NCBI GenBank assembly: GCA_050273025.1
Contig: CP158635.1
Span: forward strand, 18,476,001 to 18,540,000
Length of the DNA: 64,000 nt
From: Cenococcum geophilum
Lineage: Eukaryota
Direction: 5' to 3'
In this document: positions 38,600-50,000 of the stretch, piece after piece
Position numbering within the stretch: the first letter of the stretch is position 1
How the letters are laid out: every line of letters starts with the position of its first letter
Notes under the pieces: generated by a model
What the model was told of the DNA's origin: nothing
What the model saw: the letters and a program-made list of their open reading frames with translations, nothing else
Databases searched by the model: none
Made by a program: the position numbers and the translations under genes

Positions 38600-41500
38600 T
38601 GTAGAATAATGGGTACACGACCTTATAGCAACTGACACCGCTATTAACAATACTTTACTAACTATTATAGGAAATACTGGCTTAATATTAGCAGAGGAGC
38701 TAAGTAATATAGCACCGGTAGAATAACTAACTAGTACTAAAACGCACAGTTATATAGCAATAAGCCTTTCTACCTTAAATATTTATTATACCTAAACTTA
38801 TTATAAAGTGACTGGCCGCTATATAGGAACCCCACTTAGCTACCCGGAGGGGAACTCTAATTAGCAATCTGCTACGGATCGCGACTACCCGTTAAGGCCT
38901 AGCTAGCTAGCAGATAGAATAAATAAAGGCAATAATATATTCTACCCTTTTATAAGCTCTATAGAATAGGCGTAAGTTGCCTAGTAGGTACGTAATAACA
39001 CGTTAATAAAAGAAATAGACGCGTAGCTATAAGACCCCCGTATTAAAAATATAAAAGACGGATATATATTATACCGAAATGCAAAAGAAGTTAAGATAAA
39101 ACTATATTTTATTTCTAAAGGTGTAAGTAATAAGAGCTGGCGAATTACAGAACTTAATATATACGGCAAAAACCTAAAGATATACCACTATAATATACTT
39201 AGCGTAGTGGCCTTCCTAATCGGTCATTTCCTATTTAAAGATGATATGGTTTATTTTCCTATTCGTTAGTTTAACGCAAAAGGTAATAGAGTATATAATA
39301 AGGCACACATAGCCAACTGTTAGTGGGAGATCCAAGATTAATTACCTAATGGTGTAATGGCTATTATAGTGATACCTAGTAGCGACTAAACTAAGCTAAC
39401 TATACTATCTAGAGATAAAAAGGCGCATCTGGTTTATATTATAATACTTAATATCCTATTAAAGACTTAACGTATAGCTAGCAGGCTAGTAATGCTTTTT
39501 TTAGGTTACTGTGGTTTGCAAAAGTATTGCGAAAATCAAAATTAAGCGAGCCACGCACACTTTTAGTAAGTTTACTATACAAATCGTATACCTGCCACGC
39601 CTATACGTATTATTTAATAAAGTAAGTATATAGAACTATAGAATAGATACTACTTTATAAATTTAAGGCATAGTAGGCTATTATATAACGTAGTGGTGGA
39701 GTTATAGGTAGTAGAGCCTTAAAACGCTTAAAATCGTATAAAAATGCTTTTATAACCATAAAAAATGTCTTATTTTATAAAACTAGTAAATAGAACTATA
39801 AAATAGATACTAATTTATAATTTTAGATATATAGTAGCTTAGTAGAAAACGTAGTAATAGAGCTTTTAGGGGTAGTTAGTATTTAGAGGCTGAAGAAACT
39901 TGGAAAGCGTTGTAGCTTGGTAGTCTTGGCAACGAAAACCGCGACTTAAACGTTTTACCCAGCCCAACGCTCTACTACCTAAAATTCTACAACCACATTA
40001 TTTACTAAGCTGCTACGCATTAAAAATTATAAAGCAGTATCCATTTTATAGTTCTATCTACCAGTTTTATAAATAATACTTATTTTTAGTGGTTGTAGAA
40101 GCGTACTCACCAAAAGTCGATGTTGTGTGTGCGTGGCTCGCTTAATTTGATTTTCGCAATACTTTTGCAAACCACAGTATATACCTACGGACTTACTAAG
40201 TAACCGGATAAACAAGCTGGATGTATACCATTAAGTAATAAGCATTATATTTAAACGTAAGTATTTACCTTAGCAGTATATAGGTACTTAAGTTAATATA
40301 AAAACTAGCCCTTAAACGCGCTGCTAGGCGCGGCATGCCAATGCGATGCGCGGATAGGTTTATCCGGCAATACTACCCTATACTTACTAGGTTTATAGCA
40401 GACTATAAGGAGTAGGTTGTGTTAATTAAAGTAAAATTAGGGTAATACTATATAATGTGTTATATACCGCCTTATAAATGAGGTAACCTACTAAGCACTA
40501 TATCTGGCAAATGGCCGTAACGGACGTATAAATTAACTATTAAGTAACTTAAACGACAGTAAAACTTGCAGCTAGATTGCAGCGACCCTAAGTATATTAG
40601 GCCAATTTAAAATTTTGCTTAGTCCTATTATATAGCGGATATACACGCTATAATAGCCCCTAATTTATTATACTAGCTATATAAAGGCGTTACGGAGCAT
40701 TTAATAAGCTGGCTTTAGGCACTACTACTTAATATTAAGAAAGGGAAAGGGAAGGTTCTAATAACTAATTAGAGTAGTATAAAAACCCTATTATCTACTA
40801 AGGATAGGGTAAAACGTTTTCTAACCGCACGATTTGCTAAGGTTAAACCCTTTTAGGGTATAATTAGATGGGATAATTTTGCAGAGTTAAGCTAATAGAC
40901 TAGAAAGATGTATAAGTCCCTTCTTTATTAGATTATACTAGTTATGGTACCATTGCTGTATAGGCATAAGAGGGCAATACTGTTTATTCGTGCTATAGTT
41001 AACTTTATATTATTAGCCGAATATAAATTATATAATAAAGATACGATTAAATATCTTAAAGCTATATTATATTAAATGGATAAGACTAAGGAGGTGTTCT
41101 TACCATACTAACCTAACGACAAAAACCTACCCAATTTTAATATACCTAAACTTTATACAATTTCCCACTATCCGGATATAATTTATATATTTGGCGCCCT
41201 AATAGGAACTATAACAGAGTACGGTAAAAGGGCATATATTTCTTAGAAGAATTTCTATTAAAGATTAAATAAGCGTAAAGGGTATAAAGAGCAAATAATT
41301 TATCTTAATACGGAATTAATAAATACTATAGTAATATAAGAGATGGAGCTATAGGAAAATATAAGGCTAATACTAGCAACTAATACTATGGAAGATTTAT
41401 ATATTGCATTATTATTAGGTATAGTTAACCTAATAGACGAGCCGTATAGATAGGATTACTACTAGTTAACTAACTAAATGTTTTTAATATACGGAATAAA

Positions 41501-42290
41501 CCTAAATTTATAGCGTAAAGCCTGCGAAATTTAGACTAGGCTAGATATTAATAAATTTATTATAAAACTAGCTTTGTTTATACGGAAATATTATAAGTAA
41601 GTTAATGGTATACAAGCAACGGATTTAGACGTTAAGTGCCTTAAAAGGGATACAGCCTGGGTATAAGATTTACCTATTAGTATTTATTACTCTATAATAT
41701 GCTATATTTAACGCAGTAAAGACTTCTATAATCTTAATTAACTATATAAAGCACGGGCACGCTATAATCTAGTCTAGATGCGGACTACTGCCCTATAAAG
41801 GGACTAAGTTCTTATACAAGAATATTAGAACGTAATAGATGGAATAAAGGGAACGCGGGCTGCTTGTTTAGAATTACTAGTATTAGTATAAGACCTAAAT
41901 TATATAGATAAGAATGGTAGATACTAAGTATACTATAGAGTACTTCTTAAGCTATTCCGTCCACGCAATGGAGGCAAGGTAGATCCTTTTAATAGGATAA
42001 TTAAAGTGGAATAATTTCCTATAAATATAGCGCAAAATAGATAAAACCTAGACGGCCACCAAATATATAACATTTCCTATATTAAGAGACCTATACAACT
42101 AATACCAACTTCGCTAGATAAAAGAAGAATATTCTAGATAAACTTATACACAGATTAGGATATATATAATTAATTCTATAATAACGATTTTCTTTAAATT
42201 AATAGCATACGTGTAGATAAGTTTATAAAGAAACAAAAATCTAAAACTAAGCTTTTAATTAAATTATAGGAGGCCTTAAAACGAAAATAA
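38600..42290 (+). pseudogene. Plavaka (CACTA-like) transposase pseudogene (RIP), interrupted by a MITE
   Basis: De-RIPped motifs: RVYNEAHTANWWWEIQ, SDQTKLTILSGDKKAHPVY, FLGYIP, RADGFIRQCYPILAGFIADYEEQ, PDLLHQLYKG, FNIPKLHTISHYPD.I..FGA..GT.TEYGERAH. Confidence 0.85.
39509..40177. mobile_element. 669-bp MITE with ~47-bp TIRs and TA TSD (Tc1/mariner type)
   Basis: Begins ctgtggtttgcaaaagtattgcgaaaatcaaaattaagcgagccacgcacac, with its reverse complement at ~40127-40177 and TA on both sides. Excision restores transposase codons LGYIPT. Confidence 0.92.
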
Positions 42291-45200
42291 AAATAGCTAA
42301 CGTAATAGGGAATCCGGTATATTTAATCCCTAGAAATCTAGGTAAATTAGCTATAAAATAAGGTAAGATAGAAAGAAGTTAAGAAAGCCGTTGGTTGGCT
42401 TAAAGGTAAAGGCGGCGTGTCTAATATATAGGTAAATTAAGTAGCAGAGGGGCTCGTTAGAGTAAGAGGCTGGCTGGCTATACATATTTTTACGGATTTT
42501 GTATTAGCAGAGTAGTGTAATAACCCCCCTCTCTTCTACCTTTCTCTTCCAATTTGCCGTACGTTTTTCTTTAATAGGCTTTATTTTTATAATAATCTCT
42601 ACCTTTATAGTCTAAGCTTCTTCTAACTATTCGTAATTAAGTATATTAACTCTATTAACACTTAAGGCTAAATTAATAGCTAATCTTTATAACCGCCGCT
42701 TCTTAATATATAGAATAGCCTTATATTACTCCTCTGTAAAGGCTCTCCTTAAGTTTTAAATATAAAACAACTTTATTAGCTTATTGCCTAAGCTAATACG
42801 CTTTAAGGGAGATTCTAGGTAGAAAAAGGCGGAAATAGCGCGATTAAACTAACTCTGCGTCTTGGGTATATCTATAGGCTAACTAGGTATAAAGGGGAGC
42901 TCTAGAGTACGTCTTAATAAGGGAGGAGAATAAGGACAACCGTTAAGCATTTACTACTTAGGTGGTGTTAACCTACTAAACCACCAGAAAAGGTTAGCTA
43001 TATCTATATAAATTAGTTAAATTCTTATATTTTTACAGGCGGTTATAACGCTCTTACCCATAAAGATTAGCTCTAGTGCTTACTTATTAGTAGGAATTCT
43101 TAATATTGCGCAGCTAACGGCAAGATATGCGGCAATCTGCTATAATTTACCCTAAGTAGGCTAGTAATAGGTCTAAGCTCCCTAGCAGAATATTAAAATC
43201 TCCCCCTTTACTCCTCTATTTTATTAACTGCATCTATATTAGCAAATATATAATTTAAAAGTGTTATACTTTATCTTTATATCTTTATTAACTTCTTTAA
43301 CTTCTTCTATATTAGTTATACCAAAGGTTTACTAACCTCTACTATCCTAAAAGAATATAACTATAGCTTTTAAAAAGAATAAGGTATAGACTACCCTCTA
43401 TATAACTACTTAAAATACTAATATATACCTACCACTAAGGTAAAAGTAAAAGAAATAGTATTGCTAGTGTAAGAAGAATCTAGAAACGTATACGCGAACG
43501 GCAGTTAGGCTAAAGTACTATAAATAATACATACACGGTAGTATGCAGCTAACTTTAGCAGACGGCTATATATGGCGATAGAGTATCTAGGGATGGTATC
43601 CTAAAACGTTAGTTAGATACGAATAGCGATTTTAAAGAAGATAGAGGCTTAATGCCCTAGGGAAGAGCGTATTATTAATAACTCTAGTAGAGTTTAGACA
43701 AAGAATCTCTAGATCTATATATATAGAATTTAACCATAGTATCTATTATATAGACTCTATTCCTTTATACCCGCTTATGCTTTAACAGCGGTTATAAGTT
43801 CTAAATCGCCCTAATAAGCGGCTCTAATACTACCGTCCCTTTACTAAAGAGCTTATCTCTAGTGCCGAAGATAACTCTATAGCTAAGTCGTTTTATACGG
43901 CGCCTATACGCAGTAATAAACCGTAGAAGTCTTAATATAGTATATATACAGTTGGAAAATAGTAAGGAATAAAACGTGGCAGTAAACCTAAATTAAAACT
44001 TATAGATAAACTAATATTAAAAGCTGCTGTGCGCTTCTTTTTAATGTTTATAATGTTAGGTAAGGCTCCTAAAGGTCTTTCTTTTACGCTATAGCCGGAA
44101 GGGAATATAAAGACTCTAGAAAAGATAATGGACTTAGCATAGAATAAAGTAGTAGAGTATAATAGGGTTTCTAAAGGCAACGGTTCTAGCGAGGCTATAT
44201 AAAAACCGTTGCCATTAATATATTATATAGTAAGCTACCTCTTATTACTTCTATATATACTAATATAAAATAGATATATAATAGCATTAGCTAGTTCCGG
44301 TCTTACCTACTAAGACATATACAAGATTACGTAAAGGCTAAGTACTTATTTAGAAAGCTCTCTAAGCAGGAAATAATTACTAAAGTAAAAGAGCTGCTCT
44401 ATATAGATAACTTTTAATGCTCTAAGATAGTACGTATAGCTATACTACCTTAGCACTCTCCTAACTATTTACAGGGCGAGCAATCCCGCTTTATATTACC
44501 GGTTATTATAGTTAGTCTCTCTAAGTCATTCTTTAAAGGAAGGTAGTAATTTAGGTTTAGTATAAATACGCAGCACTTTCTGCGCCTAATTAGCCCTAGG
44601 GCTGTTATACTAATTTATATAATAATCCGCCATATTATTAATAAATAGAAAAGTAGTAGTTTTACCTAACAAAAGTTTAAAGTAGGTGCTAATCTTAATA
44701 GTAATTTATTCTTTCTCTACCCTTATTCTAACTACCTAGGCTACGCCGTAACTAACTCTAATATTAGCTATATAGGAATGGATAAAGGCTATATGGGTAG
44801 ATTAGTTAATAGAGCGCTAGAACTAGATTTTAGGGCTTCTGCGATAGGGCGTCTTAAAAAGATATTAAGTAACTATATATAGTAACAACCCTACTACATA
44901 AGTAATTCTAAATCTATTTAAATATAGTCTTAATAATCTTTTTAACCTAGATTCCGACTATAATATACTTCTACCGGTATATAACTACTTATAATAATAG
45001 TTCTGGACTAATACTTATATCTAGGTACTTAACGCGTCCCTTTCCTTAAACCTAGACACCTCCCGCCCTTCTAGCACTGTTACTTAGCCTAATATACCCT
45101 ATAATATGTCGCCTAATTAGACCGACCATAGTACTAATTACTAAGGCGGTAGGCCTAATAATGTTAGCGACCCTAACAGCGGTATAAATAGCGGGACTAA

Positions 45201-45749
45201 TATAAATAAGTGTTATAACGGATATAGTGGAGTTAATATAGATAAAGATGGCGATGCGGATAATAGAACGGATATAGCTCTAGGTAGAAATATAGATAAT
45301 TAGAATAGTGTAAAAAAGGGGGGCAATAAATATAATGGAGTAGATATAGGTAATAATGCCAGTGTAAATAGTGGAGAAGATATAGATAAGGATGGTGGCG
45401 CTAGTAATAATTTTAGAAATAATACCTATAAGCTTATCTTTAAAGGTATAAAATTATAGAATTGGAAATATACTATTAATATACTATATCGCTGGAATTA
45501 TAAATAGTTAATGGCTGTAGTTAAGCTATTTAGAAAGATGCTTGGGGCTAAACCTAATATAAGTCTTTAGTATACTATTGGAAAAGGGGTTAAGTCTATA
45601 CTATTTAATAATAAGGATTTAGATATCTTTAGAATAAGGGTAGAGGAGGGGCTAGGTAAGGCAAATGCTTTATAGTCTGTAATAGGTTTAGAGGAGTAGC
45701 TATTTTATATAGTAGTTATAATATAAATATATTTTTAAAGGTATATTAT

Positions 45750-46110
45750 AGCAATCTATGGCAATCTGTGGCAATCTGTGGCAATCTGTAGTAGTATATT
45801 ATAATTTATACAGTTCGTACAGTTTGTACAGTTTGTACAGTTCGTACAGTTTATATAGTTCGTACAGTTCGTATAGTTCGTACGGTTCGTACAGTTCGTA
45901 TAGTTTATACAGTTTGCGCGCTATTTATTTATAGGGTAGCAAAAAGCTAGCATTAGTTTGGTAGTTAAGCGTTTTACTGCAATTTACTATTAGATACTGT
46001 AAACTTATTGCAAAACGCGCGGTTTGCTATTAGATGCTATAAACTTGTTGTAAAACGCATGGTTTGCTATTAGGGTGCTGCAAACTTGTTGCAAAACGCA
46101 CGGTTTGCAC
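45750..46110. repeat. Subterminal tandem repeats (10-bp ggcaatctgt, 9-bp tacagttcg, ~41-bp gcaaacttgttgcaaaacgcacggtttgctattagat)
   Basis: Three adjacent arrays directly upstream of the 46178 terminus. Confidence 0.85.
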
Positions 46111-46252
46111 AATTCGCTAACGACCATATCCACCTGCCGCAAACCGCAACAACCAGCCCAAAAAAAAATTTCCTGATGTAGGGGCTATTTTATAGTAGGG
46201 AGTAAGCTTTAAGTAGAGCCTTATATAGAATTACGTGCGGCATATAGGCGTA

Positions 46253-46465
46253 TATTAGCGACTTAGTTAATTAAGGCACGAGTACGGTAGAAGGAAGTAT
46301 ATAACCCTATACGATTGGATTATCTATAAACAAGAATCTAAAGCTAGAGAAAGGAAAGGAGAATGATAGTAGCGCTGCTTAACGTTTTATACGGTCCTCG
46401 AGTCACGTAAGCTTACGTAACTCTATGTCTACTATAATCTACCGTTTTCTACTAGCGCCGTAACA
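46253..46465. mobile_element. Solo LTR related to 13355-13559, opposite orientation
   Basis: Shares gtcaattaaggcacgag...tac.attgg.tt.tctat.aac and the end gccgtaaca with the reverse complement of 13355-13559. Flanks gcgta and gctta differ at one base. Confidence 0.65.
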
Positions 46466-46579
46466 GCTTATAGACGTTTATATAGGCGTTCGTGTGGGTA
46501 ATTAATTAATTAATTAATTGTAGAGCTGTTTGTATAGACGATTATAGAGTCTTCCTAGTATATTAGTGCTGCGTATTAG

Positions 46580-46890
46580 TAGAGCTTAGAGTAGAGTAGA
46601 GTGTAGAGCTTTAAGCAGAGCTTTGGTAGGGCTTTGAGTAGAGCCTCGTGCAGAGCTTCGATAGAGCTTCGCGTAGAGCTTCGAGTAGAGCTTCGAGTAG
46701 AGCTTCGAGTAGAGCTTCGAGTAGAGCTTCGAGTAGAGCTTCGAGTAGAGCTTCGAGTAGAGCTTCGAGTAGAGCTTCGTGTAGAGCTTTTGCAAAGCTT
46801 TGGTAGAGCTTCGTGTAGAGCTTTTGCAAAGCTTTGGTAGAGCTCCGCGCAAAGCTTCGTGCACAGCTCCGTGCACAGCTTACTCCTACG
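46580..46890. repeat. 12-bp minisatellite (gtagagcttcga)n
   Basis: Near-perfect units at ~46660-46790 with degenerate flanking units; this explains the repetitive ORFs in the track. Confidence 0.9.
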
Positions 46891-47044
46891 AGCTTAATTA
46901 TATTATAAAACTGCCAATCTATGCCAATAATTTATATAATCTTTATTTTAGAGTAAGCATATTTCTACTATAATAATTTTATCTAAATTATTGCCAATAT
47001 TGGCTAGAATTTCGCTTATTGAAAACCACGCTCCTAGTCTTGCG

Positions 47045-50000
47045 CTAAGATATATCAAGAAACGTACCCAAGGACAACTCCATTTTCTTTAACCTTTGCT
47101 TAAGTGGGAAAACCTCCTCCTTACGTATTCTTTCCCTCTCTCGCTGAACTTCATCTAACTGCTCTGAAGACCGTGGGAGGCTAGCATAATTATGGTTGGA
47201 GTCACGGTATGCTGACTGGATATCGCGAGCCGGATATGCAGATTCAGCGAGATCCTGACCGTTGCCCGCTGCAGACATGAGATTTGGCATAACATATGGA
47301 CCGCCTAAACGGCCGGGAGGAGCTAGGGGAATCGAACTCCCAGATATCCGATTCCGGTATCCTTGGTCGTTTACGTCATCGTGGTTACGAGTGATGAAGA
47401 GCTCTGACGGGTTGTGAAGGAATCCAACCTGTTGGGAAGGCTTTATGGCCGCCGTTTCAATTGCGTCAAGTTCTGCAGCGAATGGAATTCTCAGTGAAAT
47501 CGGCCCGCTCACGGCGGACTTGCCTGTTCTGTCGCTCACGTTGGATTTCTGGTTAAGAACAGTTGAATTCGTAAAGTCGGGAGTTTTTGATCCAGAGGTT
47601 GAGGGAGTTCCACTATACCTATTAGAAGACAAAATGCTACTACCGCGCATCCTTATCGTAAAGTCGTCTGTTGAACCAAGCGAATTGAGCCGAGCAGGAT
47701 CTGGTCTGGTCCAAGGTTTTTGACGAGCCCTAAGGTGTGCCAATCGTTGATGAGCATTCAAGCCCTTTGCATGACGATGGTCTAGAAATCAGTTGACTCT
47801 CCTGATATTACGATACTTTTGGGGGAAACTTACTGGCCGTTCGGCTTTCGTTTCGCACCAGAGAGCGTGGAAAACCACTGATTGAGTTTTCCTCATCATT
47901 AATACGCAGGGATGCTTGAACAACCGCATGTTTCTTCGAAAGGCGAATTTTGATACGCGGCATCTTAAACTGAAACTCTTTGATCATATTCTCCAAAATT
48001 CTTGGAGTCATTTCGAAAAGCTGAGGTTCACATCGGTCTTCTTTCATCACAAAACAAGGCTTTTCCCAACCTCTGTCCCGAATTATTTTACCAATTTCGC
48101 GTATTTCCGGCGTCTCGTTCGGAAGACGGCACATAAGATGCCCTGGATAGGTAAGTTGAGTAACAAAATGGAGGAAAGGTAGATCATAAGGTGACATACC
48201 CTGCGCAACGAAATGATTATCAGCCAATTCTGCAATTGGGTCTTGAGCTTCGAAGTAAAAGAGAACTGCAAGAAGCTGGGACGCAAGCCTTTTGATACTT
48301 ATATCATCACCCATTTTTTCTCCAATTTTCGTTTCGAGAGGCTTCATTTGCCAGTATGCCTCCGGAGTTGCTAAGCCTTCTGTGAACTTCGGATCAAGTC
48401 GAACAAAAGCTGATAATGGCGCGGGAGGTTGTAGACGATCGACATAATCACTCCAAACTCCCTGAGATTCTGCGGCCGATGCGATTCTTTGCTTCGGGAC
48501 CTTACCCGGATATTTCCGTGTGACAAACTCCCCAAAACGGTGTTTTCGAGATGTTTCCTCCGCTGGCTGATGCAAGTCAGGGCCAAACCCAGTACCAATC
48601 GATACAATTATGTCTGGATAGTAAGATGTACAACTCAACCCAGACTTAATGACCCTGCACTCGTTTATTGCAATTGCAATTGGATTATTGTGATACTTTG
48701 CACAGTCGAGAAAAGTTTGTTTCGATGACGCGTGGTGAAATGACTTAAAAAGTTTTGGCGTAGCCATGGATGACCGAGCTCTTGACAACACCGTCAGTGA
48801 GGTTGTTACAAAATGAGCGAGTGTAGCTTACGCTTCCCAGACTTTCAACTCGGTTGCAAGTCTCTCAGATCGGCAAAACTGATAAAAAGCTAGATTTCGA
48901 AAAGTCAGCATCTCTCCGTTAAATGGGGAGGATTTCTTACATCTATCAGAGCTGTGCCGGTTATAGTTTGCAAGAACAGTGGTATTTCCTCCAGGCGTAG
49001 AAGTAACTACTGCTGCTTTGACGTGGAATTCGGATGCGTCATTGGGACGTGGTCCTCCAAACAGATATTGGCTATCCGAGAAGGCTCTTTTCAATGCCGT
49101 CTCCAGAGATTGAGTCTCGTATGTATAATTATTGATACTTTCTACGAGCCATCCTATTCCGGGTATATCACGGCCAGCTCGGTGAGAGAAAGCATCCTTA
49201 CATATGCTCTTGAAATGCTTTGAACATTGTTCTACTGTCCAATTCCGCGTAGCAAGTCCGAGAGCGATAACGCCCCCAGTCCTTCATAAGATGTATGCTT
49301 CAGTATAGCTCACAGATTAATGATATTGTTGGAGCTGCTCTTACCCTGAACCCACGATTAAATCGAAGAGAAATTGGACGGGAATCTTTCCGTTTAATTG
49401 CCGCTCTATTAGACGAAGCATTTCCAATTGAATCACACCTCGTATTCCACCACTGCGAACGTATCAGCAGTGTTTAGATTAGAAAAACGTAATACTCACC
49501 CATCGAGCGTTAAGACCCGGATGCCAGCAGCCCCTGGTTTAAGGTGTACGGTCCATGGCTGAGACCGGCCAATAACACTTACTTCCATTGGGCATTCGTA
49601 TACTTCTATCAACGTTGCACTTTTGACCCTCCCATATGTCTTTATGCAAGGCGTGCAGAGAATGTGACCACAAGGAAGCGAATGCTCTGGAGGTTCAAAA
49701 AGACAGGTGAAACAGACGGAATGGCTGTGGACCGTTCTTACTCCTCCCTTCGGCCCATCGCTGTAGAAGAGTGCCATCACGTCGTCTCTGTGGATCTCCG
49801 CTGCTGCTACATCTTGCGATTCACCCTTGCTCGTGCGTTCTGCGAGTTTTTCAAGAAGGAATTCCAGACGAAAAAAGACATTCACGTGAAACTCGTCTTG
49901 GTTATTCTCAAAGGAGAATTCAGAAACATAATCTCCAGCAGCAAAAACCTTTCCGTTCCGTAGCTGATGGCCTTTTGATCCATGTCCACTCCGAACATTT

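Larger units (their letters stand above)
16640..46178. mobile_element. Large CACTA/Plavaka-like DNA transposon with cargo, RIP-inactivated; left end not identified
   Basis: Contains a Plavaka transposase remnant at ~38600-42290 and a right terminus ...aaaaatttcctgatg at 46178 preceded by subterminal repeat arrays. The RIP-degraded cargo runs back to ~16640 once nested insertions are removed. Treating it as one element is inference. Confidence 0.55.

Noticed and set aside
1994..44180. Small ORF-track entries within the RIP block
   Set aside because: They are chance open frames in degraded transposon sequence.
46586..46876. ORFs with KLYS, EALL and VELR repeats
   Set aside because: They are translations of a minisatellite that is open in several frames on both strands; nothing supports a gene.
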